A stretch of DNA of 57,475 nt from Burkholderiaceae bacterium (GTDB lineage: Bacteria; Pseudomonadota; Gammaproteobacteria; Burkholderiales; Burkholderiaceae_B): assembly GCA_029866055.1 (NCBI GenBank), contig JARXAG010000119.1, forward strand, positions 1-57,475, in the 5' to 3' direction. A program made the position numbers and the translations under genes. The notes beneath the pieces are model-generated. The model was not told the origin of the DNA. It did not search any database and was given only the letters and a program-made list of their open reading frames with translations. Position 1 is the stretch's first letter. Each line of letters starts with the position of its first letter. Of the stretch, positions 1-9,131 are shown piece by piece.

Positions 1-655
1 CCGCCAACCGATTCGCACGACGATCGCTGGTGTACCAGTAATCGCGCTGCATCGACTGCCCGCGGCCCGCAATCGGCGCCACCGACAAGCCATGGCGTGA
101 GTACGCATAACCATCCAGAAAACCGCGGGTGTTGCCCAAGACGAAATGGCCCTCGTGCGTATCGACGCCCGCGCCTTCGGTATTCGTAATGCGCTTGTCG
201 GTATCGAGTGCCGCACGCTCGGCTGCGATGGCGAGCTCGGTGGCCTGCGCCACGCTCACCGCCCACGGGTGATGTAGCTGCAAAGTATGTTTGACGTCTT
301 TCGCCAACAAGTCAGCCTCGGGCAAACCGGCAGACGGGTCTTCTGCTGTGTAGCGCGCGATATGCCAGGCCGCCTCAACCGTCTGGCGCATGGCTGCCGG
401 TGAAAAATCAGAGGTCGACGCCGAACCGCGGCGCTGCCCGGCAAACACTGTAATGTCCATCGAGCGGTCGCGCGTTTGTTCGACTGTCTCAACCTGACCT
501 TTACGTACCGAGACTGCCAGCCCTTGAGCCTCAGAGACCTCGGCTGCGGCATCGCTTGCACCCAAACTTTTGGCGTGTTTAAGCGCTTGCGTCACTAAAT
601 CTTCGAAAATCGGGCGATTTTCGGCAACGGGAAGAAAAGAAATTGAAGTAGCCAT
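1..655 (-). CDS. pmbA: Metalloprotease PmbA/TldE, N-terminal part (runs off the window)
   Basis: Not in the ORF track. Read by hand from ATG 655: MATSISFLPVAENRPIFEDLVTQALKHAKSLGASDAAAEVSEAQGLAVSVRKGQVETVEQTRDRSMDITVFAGQRRGSASTSDFS. Divergent from yjgA, the usual arrangement. Confidence 0.9.
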   Translation of the reverse strand, partial: MATSISFLPVAENRPIFEDLVTQALKHAKSLGASDAAAEVSEAQGLAVSVRKGQVETVEQTRDRSMDITVFAGQRRGSASTSDFSPAAMRQTVEAAWHIARYTAEDPSAGLPEADLLAKDVKHTLQLHHPWAVSVAQATELAIAAERAALDTDKRITNTEGAGVDTHEGHFVLGNTRGFLDGYAYSRHGLSVAPIAGRGQSMQRDYWYTSDRRANRLA

Positions 656-691
656 TAGGGGTCCATTCGCGTGAGGCTTTATGATAGCCGT

Positions 692-1252
692 ATGATGACT
701 GATTTACCTGAAACCCCTGACGACGCGCCCGACTCAATTTATGACGGCCCCAGCAAATCCCACGTCAAGCGCGAAATGCTTGCCTTGGTCGACCTTGGCA
801 AAGAGCTCGTCGAGCTCTCGCCCGAGCGCCTGAAGCAATTGCCGCTCTCTGAGCGACTGTACGAGGCGATCCGCTTAGCGCAACGCACCACAGCCCGCGA
901 AGGCCTGAGGCGGCAAGTGCACTTTGTTGGCAAACTCATGCGCGACGCGCCCGCCGACCAGATTCGGGCCCAGCTCGATACCTGGAAAAATGGCTCGCGC
1001 GAGCAAACACAGGCCATGCATCGGCTCGAGGCCTTGCGCGACCGCTTGATAAAAGATGACGCGGCCTTTACCGTGCTATTACAAAAATATCCTCAGGCGG
1101 ATATTCAACATCTGCGCACCTTGATCCGCGAAGGACGCAAAGAGGCTGCTGCAAATGAAAACCTGCGACCAGGCCAAGACCCGTTGCGCAAACACTATCG
1201 CGCGTTATTTCAGGCGCTTAAAACCCTACAGGATCCTGACACAGCACCATGA
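692..1252 (+). CDS. yjgA: Ribosome-associated protein YjgA (DarP, DUF615)
   Basis: [19 protein letters not shown] and [12 protein letters not shown] motifs; ATG 692 preferred over GTG 671. Confidence 0.9.
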   Translation: MMTDLPETPDDAPDSIYDGPSKSHVKREMLALVDLGKELVELSPERLKQLPLSERLYEAIRLAQRTTAREGLRRQVHFVGKLMRDAPADQIRAQLDTWKNGSREQTQAMHRLEALRDRLIKDDAAFTVLLQKYPQADIQHLRTLIREGRKEAAANENLRPGQDPLRKHYRALFQALKTLQDPDTAP

Positions 1253-1923
1253 ACGACAACAATCTGCTCGAGTGCGTAGAGCACGAAACCGGCCCCGCGC
1301 CCACCCACAGTGTGATTTGGCTGCATGGCCTCGGCGCCGATGGTCATGACTTTGCGCCCATCGTCCCAGAACTGCGTCTGCCCGCTTCCAAAGCGGTGCG
1401 CTTTGTGTTTCCGCACGCAACGGTTCAACCCGTCACCATTAACGGTGGCATGGCAATGCGCTCGTGGTACGACATTTTGACTCCTCAGCTTGTCAAGCGC
1501 GAAGATGCAGCGGGTATTCGTTTGTCTGAACAAGCGATTCTCGCGCTGATTGCTCGCGAAAATGCGCGGGGCGTTCCAAGTGCCAATATTGTGCTGGCCG
1601 GTTTTTCGCAAGGCTGCGCCATGACGCTTCATACGGGCATTCGGGTGCCCTTTAAACTCGCTGGTCTCATGGGGCTGTCGGGCTATTTACCGTTGGGCGA
1701 CCTGGCCCAGGCCGAGCATCGGTCAGCAAATCTTGATACCCCTATTTTTTTAGCGCACGGCACCTACGACCCAGTCGTGGCACCCGAACGCGCCGAAACT
1801 TCGCGCGCCAAACTCCAAGAACTTGGCTACAAGGTGCAGTGGCACACCTACCCAATGCCGCACTCAGTTTGCCCCGAAGAAATCTCTGATATTTCGCGGT
1901 TTTTACAAAGCGTTTTGGTGTAG
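1249..1923 (+). CDS. Phospholipase/carboxylesterase (alpha/beta hydrolase)
   Basis: [14 protein letters not shown] nucleophile, HGTYDPVV Asp, MPHSV His. Confidence 0.9.
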   Translation: MNDNNLLECVEHETGPAPTHSVIWLHGLGADGHDFAPIVPELRLPASKAVRFVFPHATVQPVTINGGMAMRSWYDILTPQLVKREDAAGIRLSEQAILALIARENARGVPSANIVLAGFSQGCAMTLHTGIRVPFKLAGLMGLSGYLPLGDLAQAEHRSANLDTPIFLAHGTYDPVVAPERAETSRAKLQELGYKVQWHTYPMPHSVCPEEISDISRFLQSVLV

Positions 1924-2135
1924 TCCAGTGATGTTTTTCGAGCTCGTTTCTTTTCGAGATCGGCATGTTCCCGATTGACTAGTCACATTTTAAAATTGCG
2001 ACGTATCGACGGCTTGGCGTGGGGCTTGGGTGATTACCTCGGCTTGGTCGCTGTCAAGTTTTAGTGGTTGCTCCGACGTACGCGCATTGCCCGATATCCT
2101 ATTTGCGTTTTTTATAAACTTTAATTGCCTCATTT

Positions 2136-3539
2136 ATGACCTCTGCTTCAACTCCGGTTCGCACGCGCTTTGCCCCCTCGCCCACGGGCTTTCTTCACTT
2201 GGGCGGGGCGCGCACCGCATTATTTTCTTGGGCGTTCGCGCGCCACTTTGGCGGCACGTTTATTTTGCGCGTTGAAGATACCGACCTTGAACGCTCGACC
2301 CCAGAGGCAGTTCAGGCAATCCTTGACGGTATGAACTGGCTAGGTCTGACCCCAGATGAAGGCCCGTTCTATCAGATGCAGCACATGGAGCGCTATCGCG
2401 CCGTCGTCGCAAGCATGCTAGCCGCAGGTACCGCCTATCATTGCTACAGCTCAAACGAAGAAGTCGAGGCGATGCGAGACCTTGCGCGCAGCAAAGGCGC
2501 AAAGCCCCGCTATGACGGCACCTGGCGCCCCGAACCAGGCAAGGTCTTGCCGCCAGTACCCGCCGATCGCAAACCCGTCGTGCGTTTCAAAAGCCCCCAA
2601 GACGGTGCAACCGCTTGGGTCGATCTAGTGAAGGGTCCGATCAGTTTTGAGAACACCGAACTTGACGACCTGGTAATCGCCCGCCCCGATGGCACCCCTA
2701 CCTACAATTTTTGCGTGGTCGTTGACGACTGGGACATGCGCATCACTCACGTCTTGCGCGGTGATGACCACGTCAACAACACCCCAAGACAGATCACAAT
2801 TTTGCGAGCACTTGGCGCCCCAGTCCCCGAGTACGGCCACGTACCGATGATCTTAGGCCCCGACGGCGAAAAACTCTCAAAACGCCACGGCGCTGTCAGC
2901 GTAATGGAATACGATCGCGACGGCTACCTGCCCGAGGCCATGATTAATTATCTGGCTCGCTTGGGCTGGAGCCACGGCAACGACGAACTGTTTTCGCGCG
3001 CCCAACTCGTTGAGTGGTTCGACCCCCAGCACCTCTCTAAGTCAGCTGCCCAGTGGGATCCAAAAAAACTCAATTGGGTCAACGCCCACTATATTAAGCA
3101 GAGCGACGACCACGCACTCGCCCAGGCCGTTGCCCCCCGCATCACCGCACGAGGCGGCAACCCAGCCCAAGGCGACCTAACAGCCGTCGTCAAACTCTTA
3201 AAAGACCGCGCCGAAACCCTAGAACAGCTCGCCGACGGCGCCATGCTCTTTTGCGGCCCCTTCACACCAGCTGCAGACGACCTAATCGCCCAGCACCTAA
3301 CAGAGACCGCCCGCAACGCCCTACGCGATTTCGCGATCCAAGCCGCCCAAACCCCCTGGAACCGCGAAGCCCTAGCCGCCCTAATCAAAACCGTACTGGC
3401 CACCCACACCCTAAAAATGCCCCAGCTCGCCATCCCACTTCGCGTAGTCGTAGCCGGCACAGCCCAAACCCCAGCCGTAGACGCCGTCCTAGAAATATTA
3501 GGCAAAGAAACAGTGCTAGCCCGCCTAGCCAACATCTAA
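2136..3539 (+). CDS. gltX: Glutamate--tRNA ligase
   Basis: [14 protein letters not shown] (HIGH-like) and KLSKR motifs. Confidence 0.97.
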   Translation: MTSASTPVRTRFAPSPTGFLHLGGARTALFSWAFARHFGGTFILRVEDTDLERSTPEAVQAILDGMNWLGLTPDEGPFYQMQHMERYRAVVASMLAAGTAYHCYSSNEEVEAMRDLARSKGAKPRYDGTWRPEPGKVLPPVPADRKPVVRFKSPQDGATAWVDLVKGPISFENTELDDLVIARPDGTPTYNFCVVVDDWDMRITHVLRGDDHVNNTPRQITILRALGAPVPEYGHVPMILGPDGEKLSKRHGAVSVMEYDRDGYLPEAMINYLARLGWSHGNDELFSRAQLVEWFDPQHLSKSAAQWDPKKLNWVNAHYIKQSDDHALAQAVAPRITARGGNPAQGDLTAVVKLLKDRAETLEQLADGAMLFCGPFTPAADDLIAQHLTETARNALRDFAIQAAQTPWNREALAALIKTVLATHTLKMPQLAIPLRVVVAGTAQTPAVDAVLEILGKETVLARLANI

Positions 3540-3557
3540 CCGCATTCCACAACCTCA

Positions 3558-3626
3558 GCACTGACACAGCACCAGAGCTGCGTATTTTGCTCAGCCAAAA
3601 TACCAGCGCCGGGGCTGATGCAGTGC
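3558..3626. repeat. About 70-nt imperfect inverted repeat between convergent genes
   Basis: GCACTG/CAGTGC, CAGC/GCTG, GCTG/CAGC and GTATTTTG/CAAAATAC arms; no U-tract. Confidence 0.55.
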
Positions 3627-3648
3627 GTGCGTAATCAATGAAGAAGTA

Positions 3649-4152
3649 TTACAGCAACCTAAAGCTAGCTGGCACCTTCTGTGCCACCTCAGGCCGGCTA
3701 TTAGGCCGATCTTCACGGTACGTTAGCCGAGTCGAGTCATTGCGCTCAATAATGTAAGTATTGGTATAAACCGGATCCCGGTAATCAACCAGTTCACCGT
3801 TTGAGCGACTGACCCGCGCCACCAACTTACCCGTGGGCGCATCCCAGCACCCCGTCTCACGCAACTCAGAGCGGATGTTCCGCCCCTGCTTGACCCGCGT
3901 CTGTTGGCGCAGTTTGCCATCTGCTGACAAGGTCAAGAGCGTTTGGATCTCTCCAGCGACGCCAGCTTGTTTGCGCACCACATACCAACTACCGATCAAC
4001 GGATGCTGGGCAGGCGGCGTCACACAAACAGGCTCGATCAAACCGTCGGGTGCCGGTATCAACGCAGAATCAGGCGGGCGGGGAATCCCACAGGCTGCTA
4101 GCAACCCCAAGCAGCCAAACACCAACCATCTGCCCACGCCCCGATCAAACAT
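3649..4152 (-). CDS. Hypothetical lipoprotein, possibly a lipocalin/NlpE-like beta-barrel
   Basis: ATG 4152 gives signal peptide MFDRGVGRWLVFGCLGLLAAC (lipobox LAAC); IGSW..LTLSADG..ETGCW pattern. Confidence 0.7.
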   Translation of the reverse strand: MFDRGVGRWLVFGCLGLLAACGIPRPPDSALIPAPDGLIEPVCVTPPAQHPLIGSWYVVRKQAGVAGEIQTLLTLSADGKLRQQTRVKQGRNIRSELRETGCWDAPTGKLVARVSRSNGELVDYRDPVYTNTYIIERNDSTRLTYREDRPNSRPEVAQKVPASFRLL

Positions 4153-4509
4153 TGCCGCCCCAACTAGTGTTATCTCTATCAACTCGAAAATGCCGCCCGC
4201 CTTAAAAAGCGGTTCGTGCGCGGACATTGATCGCACCACTAAAAATATCTAGAGGTGACCCCGACATATTGCAGCAAAACCACGCGGTCAACACATTATT
4301 GGCATCGAAATTTCAGCGTAAAACCATTTTTTTTTGCATTTTCGCCACACTTTGTTCAAAACAAAAAACAAATTTGGATATCCCACGTTCGGGGGATAGC
4401 CAAATTCTGCATAGGTATCCTGCGAAGTGCTTACTTCGCTTCATTTCACACCATATTTTTTGAATCATTTCAAGGGTTAACACTAATCAGTCAATTTGAA
4501 ATATGACTA

Positions 4510-4538
4510 TTGCGCATATACACACGAACCACTAGAAT
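4510..4538 (+). promoter_or_regulatory. Sigma70-type promoter of nrdA
   Basis: TTGCGC-17 bp-TAGAAT; the -10 lies inside NrdR box 1. Confidence 0.6.
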
Positions 4539-4575
4539 TAGTACAGATAGTTCGTAAAAACACCACATGTAGTGT
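4529..4575. promoter_or_regulatory. Tandem NrdR boxes
   Basis: CCACTAGAATTAGTAC (4529-4544) and ACACCACATGTAGTGT (4560-4575) match acaCwAtATaTwGtgt, 31 bp apart start to start (canonical spacing), upstream of nrdA. Confidence 0.85.
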
Positions 4576-4731
4576 TAATCTTCGCCCCCGCCTTACGACA
4601 AAAACATCCTGTCCAAAGCGCTCGTGACAGATTAATGACGTCACACGACCGCAATACGCAATAACTGCTCGACCCTTATTGAATTTTCAGCGTGGCGCGT
4701 GCCACGCTAGCACCGCAGGAGCCCTACTTTA

Positions 4732-7650
4732 ATGCAAACAACTACAAATCCCGTCGAGCGCCAAGCCACTCAGCAGCAGTTCATCGCAACCGCGATGCCA
4801 GTCAACGAGGCAGCCTGGGCGCAGTATCACATCATTCGCCGCAACGGCGCAGTCGTCAATTTCGAGCCTAGCAAAATCGGCATTGCCATGACAAAAGCCT
4901 TTTTGGCAGTCAATGGCGGCCAAGGCGCAGCGTCGGCACGCGTGCGCGAGCTCGTCGACTCACTCACCCATCAAGTTGTCGCGGCCCTGATGCGCAGCCG
5001 CCCCAACGGTGGCACCTTCCATATTGAAGACATCCAAGACGCGGTCGAGCTTTCATTGATGCGCTCGGGCGAACACGATGTCGCACGCTCATACGTGCTG
5101 TACCGCGAACGTCGCGCCCAAGAGCGCTCAAAAGGTAAAGCCGAAGCCGCCCCCACTGAAGCCCCTACCCTGAACGTGGTTGAAAACGGCGTACGCAAAC
5201 CACTTGATCTGGCAAAACTACAGGCCACGATTGAGGCCGCCGGCTATGGCTTAGGTGAGTTTGTTGACACGGCAACGATTCAAAAAGAAACACTCAAAAA
5301 TCTGTACGACGGCGTACCCGTCGACGAAGTCTATAAATCTGCTATTTTGGCCGCGCGCGCCATGGTCGAAAACGACCCGGCCTACAGCAAAGTCACCGCT
5401 CGCCTCTTGCTCCACACAATCCGCAAAGAAGTTTTAAGCGAAGAAGTGGCTCAAGAAGAGATGAATACTCGCTACGCGACGTATTTTCCAACGTTCATCA
5501 AGCGCGGAGTTGAAGGCGGCTTACTAAGCTCAGAGCTTTCACGCTTTGATTTGCCACGCCTGGCCGCAGCACTCGATGCCAACCGCGACCTGCAGTTTGA
5601 TTACCTTGGCCTTCAAACCTTATACGACCGCTACTTTTTGCACCTGCGCGGTCAGCGCATTGAGTTGCCACAAGTGTTCTTCATGCGCGTTGCAATGGGC
5701 TTGGCGATTGCCGAAATCGATCGCGAAGCACGTGCCATTGAGTTCTATCAAATCCTGTCGTCGTTTGACTTCATGAGTTCAACGCCAACACTCTTTAATG
5801 CCGGCACGCTGCACTCACAACTTTCGTCGTGCTACCTCACAACAGTTTCCGACGACCTTGACGGCATCTACGAAGCCATCAAAGAAAACGCGCTGCTCGC
5901 CAAATACGCTGGTGGCTTAGGCAATGACTGGACGCCCGTTCGTGCAATGCGCAGTCACATCAAAGGCACCAACGGCGAAAGCCAAGGCGTCGTTCCATTC
6001 TTGAAAGTCGTCAACGACACCGCTGTGGCCGTGAACCAGGGTGGTAAACGCAAGGGCGCAGTTTGCTGCTACCTTGAGTCATGGCACTTAGATATCGAAG
6101 AGTTTCTCGATCTGCGCAAAAATACCGGTGACGAGCGTCGTCGCACGCATGACATGAACACAGCGAACTGGATTCCTGATCTGTTCATGAAGCGCGTGCT
6201 AGAAAATGGCAACTGGACACTCTTTTCACCTTCAGACTGCCCAGACCTGCATGACAAAGTGGGCGCGGCCTTCGAAAAAGCCTACGTTGGCTATGAAGAG
6301 AAGGCTGCACGTGGCGATTTGCCACTACACAAGACAATGCCAGCGACAAGCCTGTGGCGCAAAATGCTTTCCATGCTGTTTGAAACTGGTCATCCCTGGA
6401 TCACGTTCAAAGACCCGTGCAACATTCGTTCGCCACAACAACATGTGGGCGTGGTGCACAGCTCAAACCTATGCACCGAGATTACGTTGAATACCAACGA
6501 CTCTGAAATCGCGGTCTGCAACCTGGGCTCAGTCAACCTGCTGGCGCACCTGAAGCACAACGCTGACGGCACCCAGTCGCTCGATCAAGACAAACTGCAA
6601 CGCACAATTAAGATTGCGATGCGCATGCTCGACAACGTCATCGACATCAACTATTACGCTGTCGCTAAAGCGCGCAATTCAAACGTGCGCCATCGCCCCG
6701 TCGGCTTAGGCATCATGGGTTTTCAAGATTGCCTGCATGTGATGCGCGTGCCTTACGCCACACAAGCCGCAATCGAATTCGCAGATCGCTCAATGGAAGC
6801 CGTTTGTTATTACGCCTACAGTGCATCAAGTGAACTCGCTGAAGAACGCGGTCGTTACGCAAGCTTCGATGGTTCGTTGTGGTCGCGCGGTATCTTGCCG
6901 CATGATTCAATCGCACTGCTGCGCGAACATCGTGGTGGCTATGTTGAAGTCGATGAATCAACAACGCTTGATTGGGATTCGTTGCGCGCACGCATCAAAA
7001 CACACGGCATGCGCAACTCTAATTGCGTTGCAATTGCCCCAACCGCAACAATATCGAATATTATTGGCGTGTCTGCATGCATCGAACCAACATATCAAAA
7101 CTTGTACGTTAAATCGAACCTCTCCGGCGAGTTTACTGTGGTCAACGAACACCTCGTTCGCGACCTCAAAAAACTGGGCCTCTGGGATGAAGTGATGGTC
7201 GCCGACTTGAAGTACTTCGACGGCAGCTTGTCCCGCATCGATCGCGTTCCGGCCGACTTACGCGCCCTATACGCCACCGCATTTGAAGTTGAGCCTACCT
7301 GGATTGTCGAGTGCGCAGCGCGTCGCCAAAAATGGATTGATCAAGCCCAATCGCTCAACATCTACATGGCGGGTGCTTCAGGCAAAAAACTGGATGACAC
7401 CTATAAGCTTGCTTGGTTACGCGGTTTGAAAACTACGTACTACCTGCGTACGCTTGGTGCAACGAGTGCTGAAAAATCAACGGGTCGAGGCGGTGAACTC
7501 AATGCGGTCAACGCAGCGGGCGCCGGCTCAACCAGTGGTACGTTTGCGGCGGCAGCGCCACAGGCAATGCCCGAGCCCGAAATTTTGGGCGCGGCCTGCA
7601 CCATGAGACCTGGCGACCCAGGTTTCGAAGAGTGTGAAGCCTGCCAATAA
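4732..7650 (+). CDS. nrdA: Ribonucleoside-diphosphate reductase class Ia alpha subunit with two ATP-cones
   Basis: Tandem N-terminal ATP-cones, SSCY, SNLCTE, APTATIS, KTTYY and C-terminal CEACQ. Confidence 0.97.
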   Translation: MQTTTNPVERQATQQQFIATAMPVNEAAWAQYHIIRRNGAVVNFEPSKIGIAMTKAFLAVNGGQGAASARVRELVDSLTHQVVAALMRSRPNGGTFHIEDIQDAVELSLMRSGEHDVARSYVLYRERRAQERSKGKAEAAPTEAPTLNVVENGVRKPLDLAKLQATIEAAGYGLGEFVDTATIQKETLKNLYDGVPVDEVYKSAILAARAMVENDPAYSKVTARLLLHTIRKEVLSEEVAQEEMNTRYATYFPTFIKRGVEGGLLSSELSRFDLPRLAAALDANRDLQFDYLGLQTLYDRYFLHLRGQRIELPQVFFMRVAMGLAIAEIDREARAIEFYQILSSFDFMSSTPTLFNAGTLHSQLSSCYLTTVSDDLDGIYEAIKENALLAKYAGGLGNDWTPVRAMRSHIKGTNGESQGVVPFLKVVNDTAVAVNQGGKRKGAVCCYLESWHLDIEEFLDLRKNTGDERRRTHDMNTANWIPDLFMKRVLENGNWTLFSPSDCPDLHDKVGAAFEKAYVGYEEKAARGDLPLHKTMPATSLWRKMLSMLFETGHPWITFKDPCNIRSPQQHVGVVHSSNLCTEITLNTNDSEIAVCNLGSVNLLAHLKHNADGTQSLDQDKLQRTIKIAMRMLDNVIDINYYAVAKARNSNVRHRPVGLGIMGFQDCLHVMRVPYATQAAIEFADRSMEAVCYYAYSASSELAEERGRYASFDGSLWSRGILPHDSIALLREHRGGYVEVDESTTLDWDSLRARIKTHGMRNSNCVAIAPTATISNIIGVSACIEPTYQNLYVKSNLSGEFTVVNEHLVRDLKKLGLWDEVMVADLKYFDGSLSRIDRVPADLRALYATAFEVEPTWIVECAARRQKWIDQAQSLNIYMAGASGKKLDDTYKLAWLRGLKTTYYLRTLGATSAEKSTGRGGELNAVNAAGAGSTSGTFAAAAPQAMPEPEILGAACTMRPGDPGFEECEACQ

Positions 7651-7668
7651 CGCGACCGAGAAAAAATA

Positions 7669-8871
7669 ATGTTGACCTGGAACGACGAACCCGCCACTCA
7701 ACCTGCCCCACCAACGGGAGCAGGCTTGATGCCTCAAGCCTTGGCGCAAGCCATGGCCGCCTCATTGCCCTCACGCGCCGCAAGCGGCGTGTTTGGCGAC
7801 TCTGCCTTACCAACACCTGGCTTAAAAGAATCACCAGTGGTCGCCAACGCAGCCACCCGCGTGAACGCAGCCGACAAACGCATCATCAATGGTCAAACTG
7901 ATGTTAATCAACTTGTGCCCTTTAAATATAAATGGGCCTGGGAAAAATACATCGCCACTTGCGCCAATCACTGGATGCCGCAAGAAATCAATATGTCGCG
8001 CGACATCGCTCTCTGGAAAAACCCCACAGGGCTAACCGAAGACGAACGCCGCATCATCAAGCGTAATCTCGGTTTTTTCGTCACCGCAGATTCTTTAGCT
8101 GCAAACAATATTGTCTTGGGCACCTATCGCCACATCACTGCCCCTGAATGCCGTCAGTTTTTGTTGCGTCAGGCGTTTGAAGAGGCGATCCATACCCACG
8201 CGTATCAATATATTGTTGAAAGCTTGGATCTGGATGAGTCAGAAATCTTTAACGCGTATAACGAAGTGCCTTCCATACGCGCTAAAGATCAGTTTCTGAT
8301 CCCATTTATTGATGCTATTGCTGATCCGCACTTTAAAACCGGTACGCTCGAAAATGATCAAACGCTACTTAAATCCTTGATCGTTTTTGCCTGCTTGATG
8401 GAAGGCCTGTTCTTTTATGTTGGCTTTACGCAAATCCTTGCGCTTGGTCGGCAAAACAAGATGACCGGTGCCGCAGAGCAGTACATGTACATTTTGCGCG
8501 ATGAGTCGATGCACTGTAATTTTGGCATCGACCTGATCAACACCATCAAACTCGAAAACCCACAGCTCTGGACACCAGCTTTCCGCGAAGAGATTCGTGC
8601 GCTGTTCGCCAAAGCTGTTGATCTTGAATACGCCTATGCCGAAGACACCATGCCACGCGGCGTGCTTGGTCTAAATGCACCCATGTTCAAGTCGTACCTC
8701 AGATTTATTGCTAATCGTCGTTGCCAGCAAATCGGCATCGAGCCGCTATTCGCGCAAGAAGAGAACCCCTTCCCGTGGATGGCAGAAATGATCGATTTAA
8801 AGAAAGAGCGTAACTTTTTTGAAACACGTGTTATTGAGTATCAAACCGGCGGAGCCCTTAACTGGGAATAA
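7669..8871 (+). CDS. nrdB: Ribonucleoside-diphosphate reductase class Ia beta subunit
   Basis: EEAIHTHAY (radical Tyr), [19 protein letters not shown]. Confidence 0.97.
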   Translation: MLTWNDEPATQPAPPTGAGLMPQALAQAMAASLPSRAASGVFGDSALPTPGLKESPVVANAATRVNAADKRIINGQTDVNQLVPFKYKWAWEKYIATCANHWMPQEINMSRDIALWKNPTGLTEDERRIIKRNLGFFVTADSLAANNIVLGTYRHITAPECRQFLLRQAFEEAIHTHAYQYIVESLDLDESEIFNAYNEVPSIRAKDQFLIPFIDAIADPHFKTGTLENDQTLLKSLIVFACLMEGLFFYVGFTQILALGRQNKMTGAAEQYMYILRDESMHCNFGIDLINTIKLENPQLWTPAFREEIRALFAKAVDLEYAYAEDTMPRGVLGLNAPMFKSYLRFIANRRCQQIGIEPLFAQEENPFPWMAEMIDLKKERNFFETRVIEYQTGGALNWE

Positions 8872-8875
8872 TCCA

Positions 8876-9112
8876 CAAGTTTGCACTCAAGACGCTGCAG
8901 TACTTGCCAGAAGGCGACGACAACCGCCCTCTGGTGCCATTTGAATTGGTTCGCGCCCCTGAGCGAGAGGCAGTTCAAATGGCTGTGCCGGATTCATTAG
9001 CACAAACCGCTTTGCTACCGATTGTTGGTAGTGGCTTGTGCCGATGAATAACTCGGGCGACACGAAATCCCATGGTGGGATCAGTCAAGCACGGGTTTAA
9101 CGTTTGGGACCC
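8876..9112 (+). ncRNA. Candidate structured intercistronic/leader RNA (six consecutive hairpins)
   Basis: Hand-folded stems at 8876-8906, 8907-8934, 8936-8983, 8984-9062, 9067-9081 and 9093-9112; RBS AAGGAG at 9119-9124. Confidence 0.55.
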
Positions 9113-9131
9113 TGAACTAAGGAGTATTACC

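Noticed and set aside
1990-2133. 47-aa minus-strand ORF (MRQLKFIKN...)
   Set aside because: Starts 2 bp from the gltX ATG on the opposite strand, with no RBS and no recognisable motif
3534-3640. attC-like site (ATCTAAC fits RYYYAAC at the gltX stop, followed by a bulged hairpin)
   Set aside because: No matching GTTRRRY at the far end, no integrase, single copy, and gltX is a core gene
4460-4473. FNR-like palindrome TTGAA-TCAT-TTCAA
   Set aside because: Mismatch to TTGAT-N4-ATCAA in both halves, in AT-rich sequence where chance matches are likely
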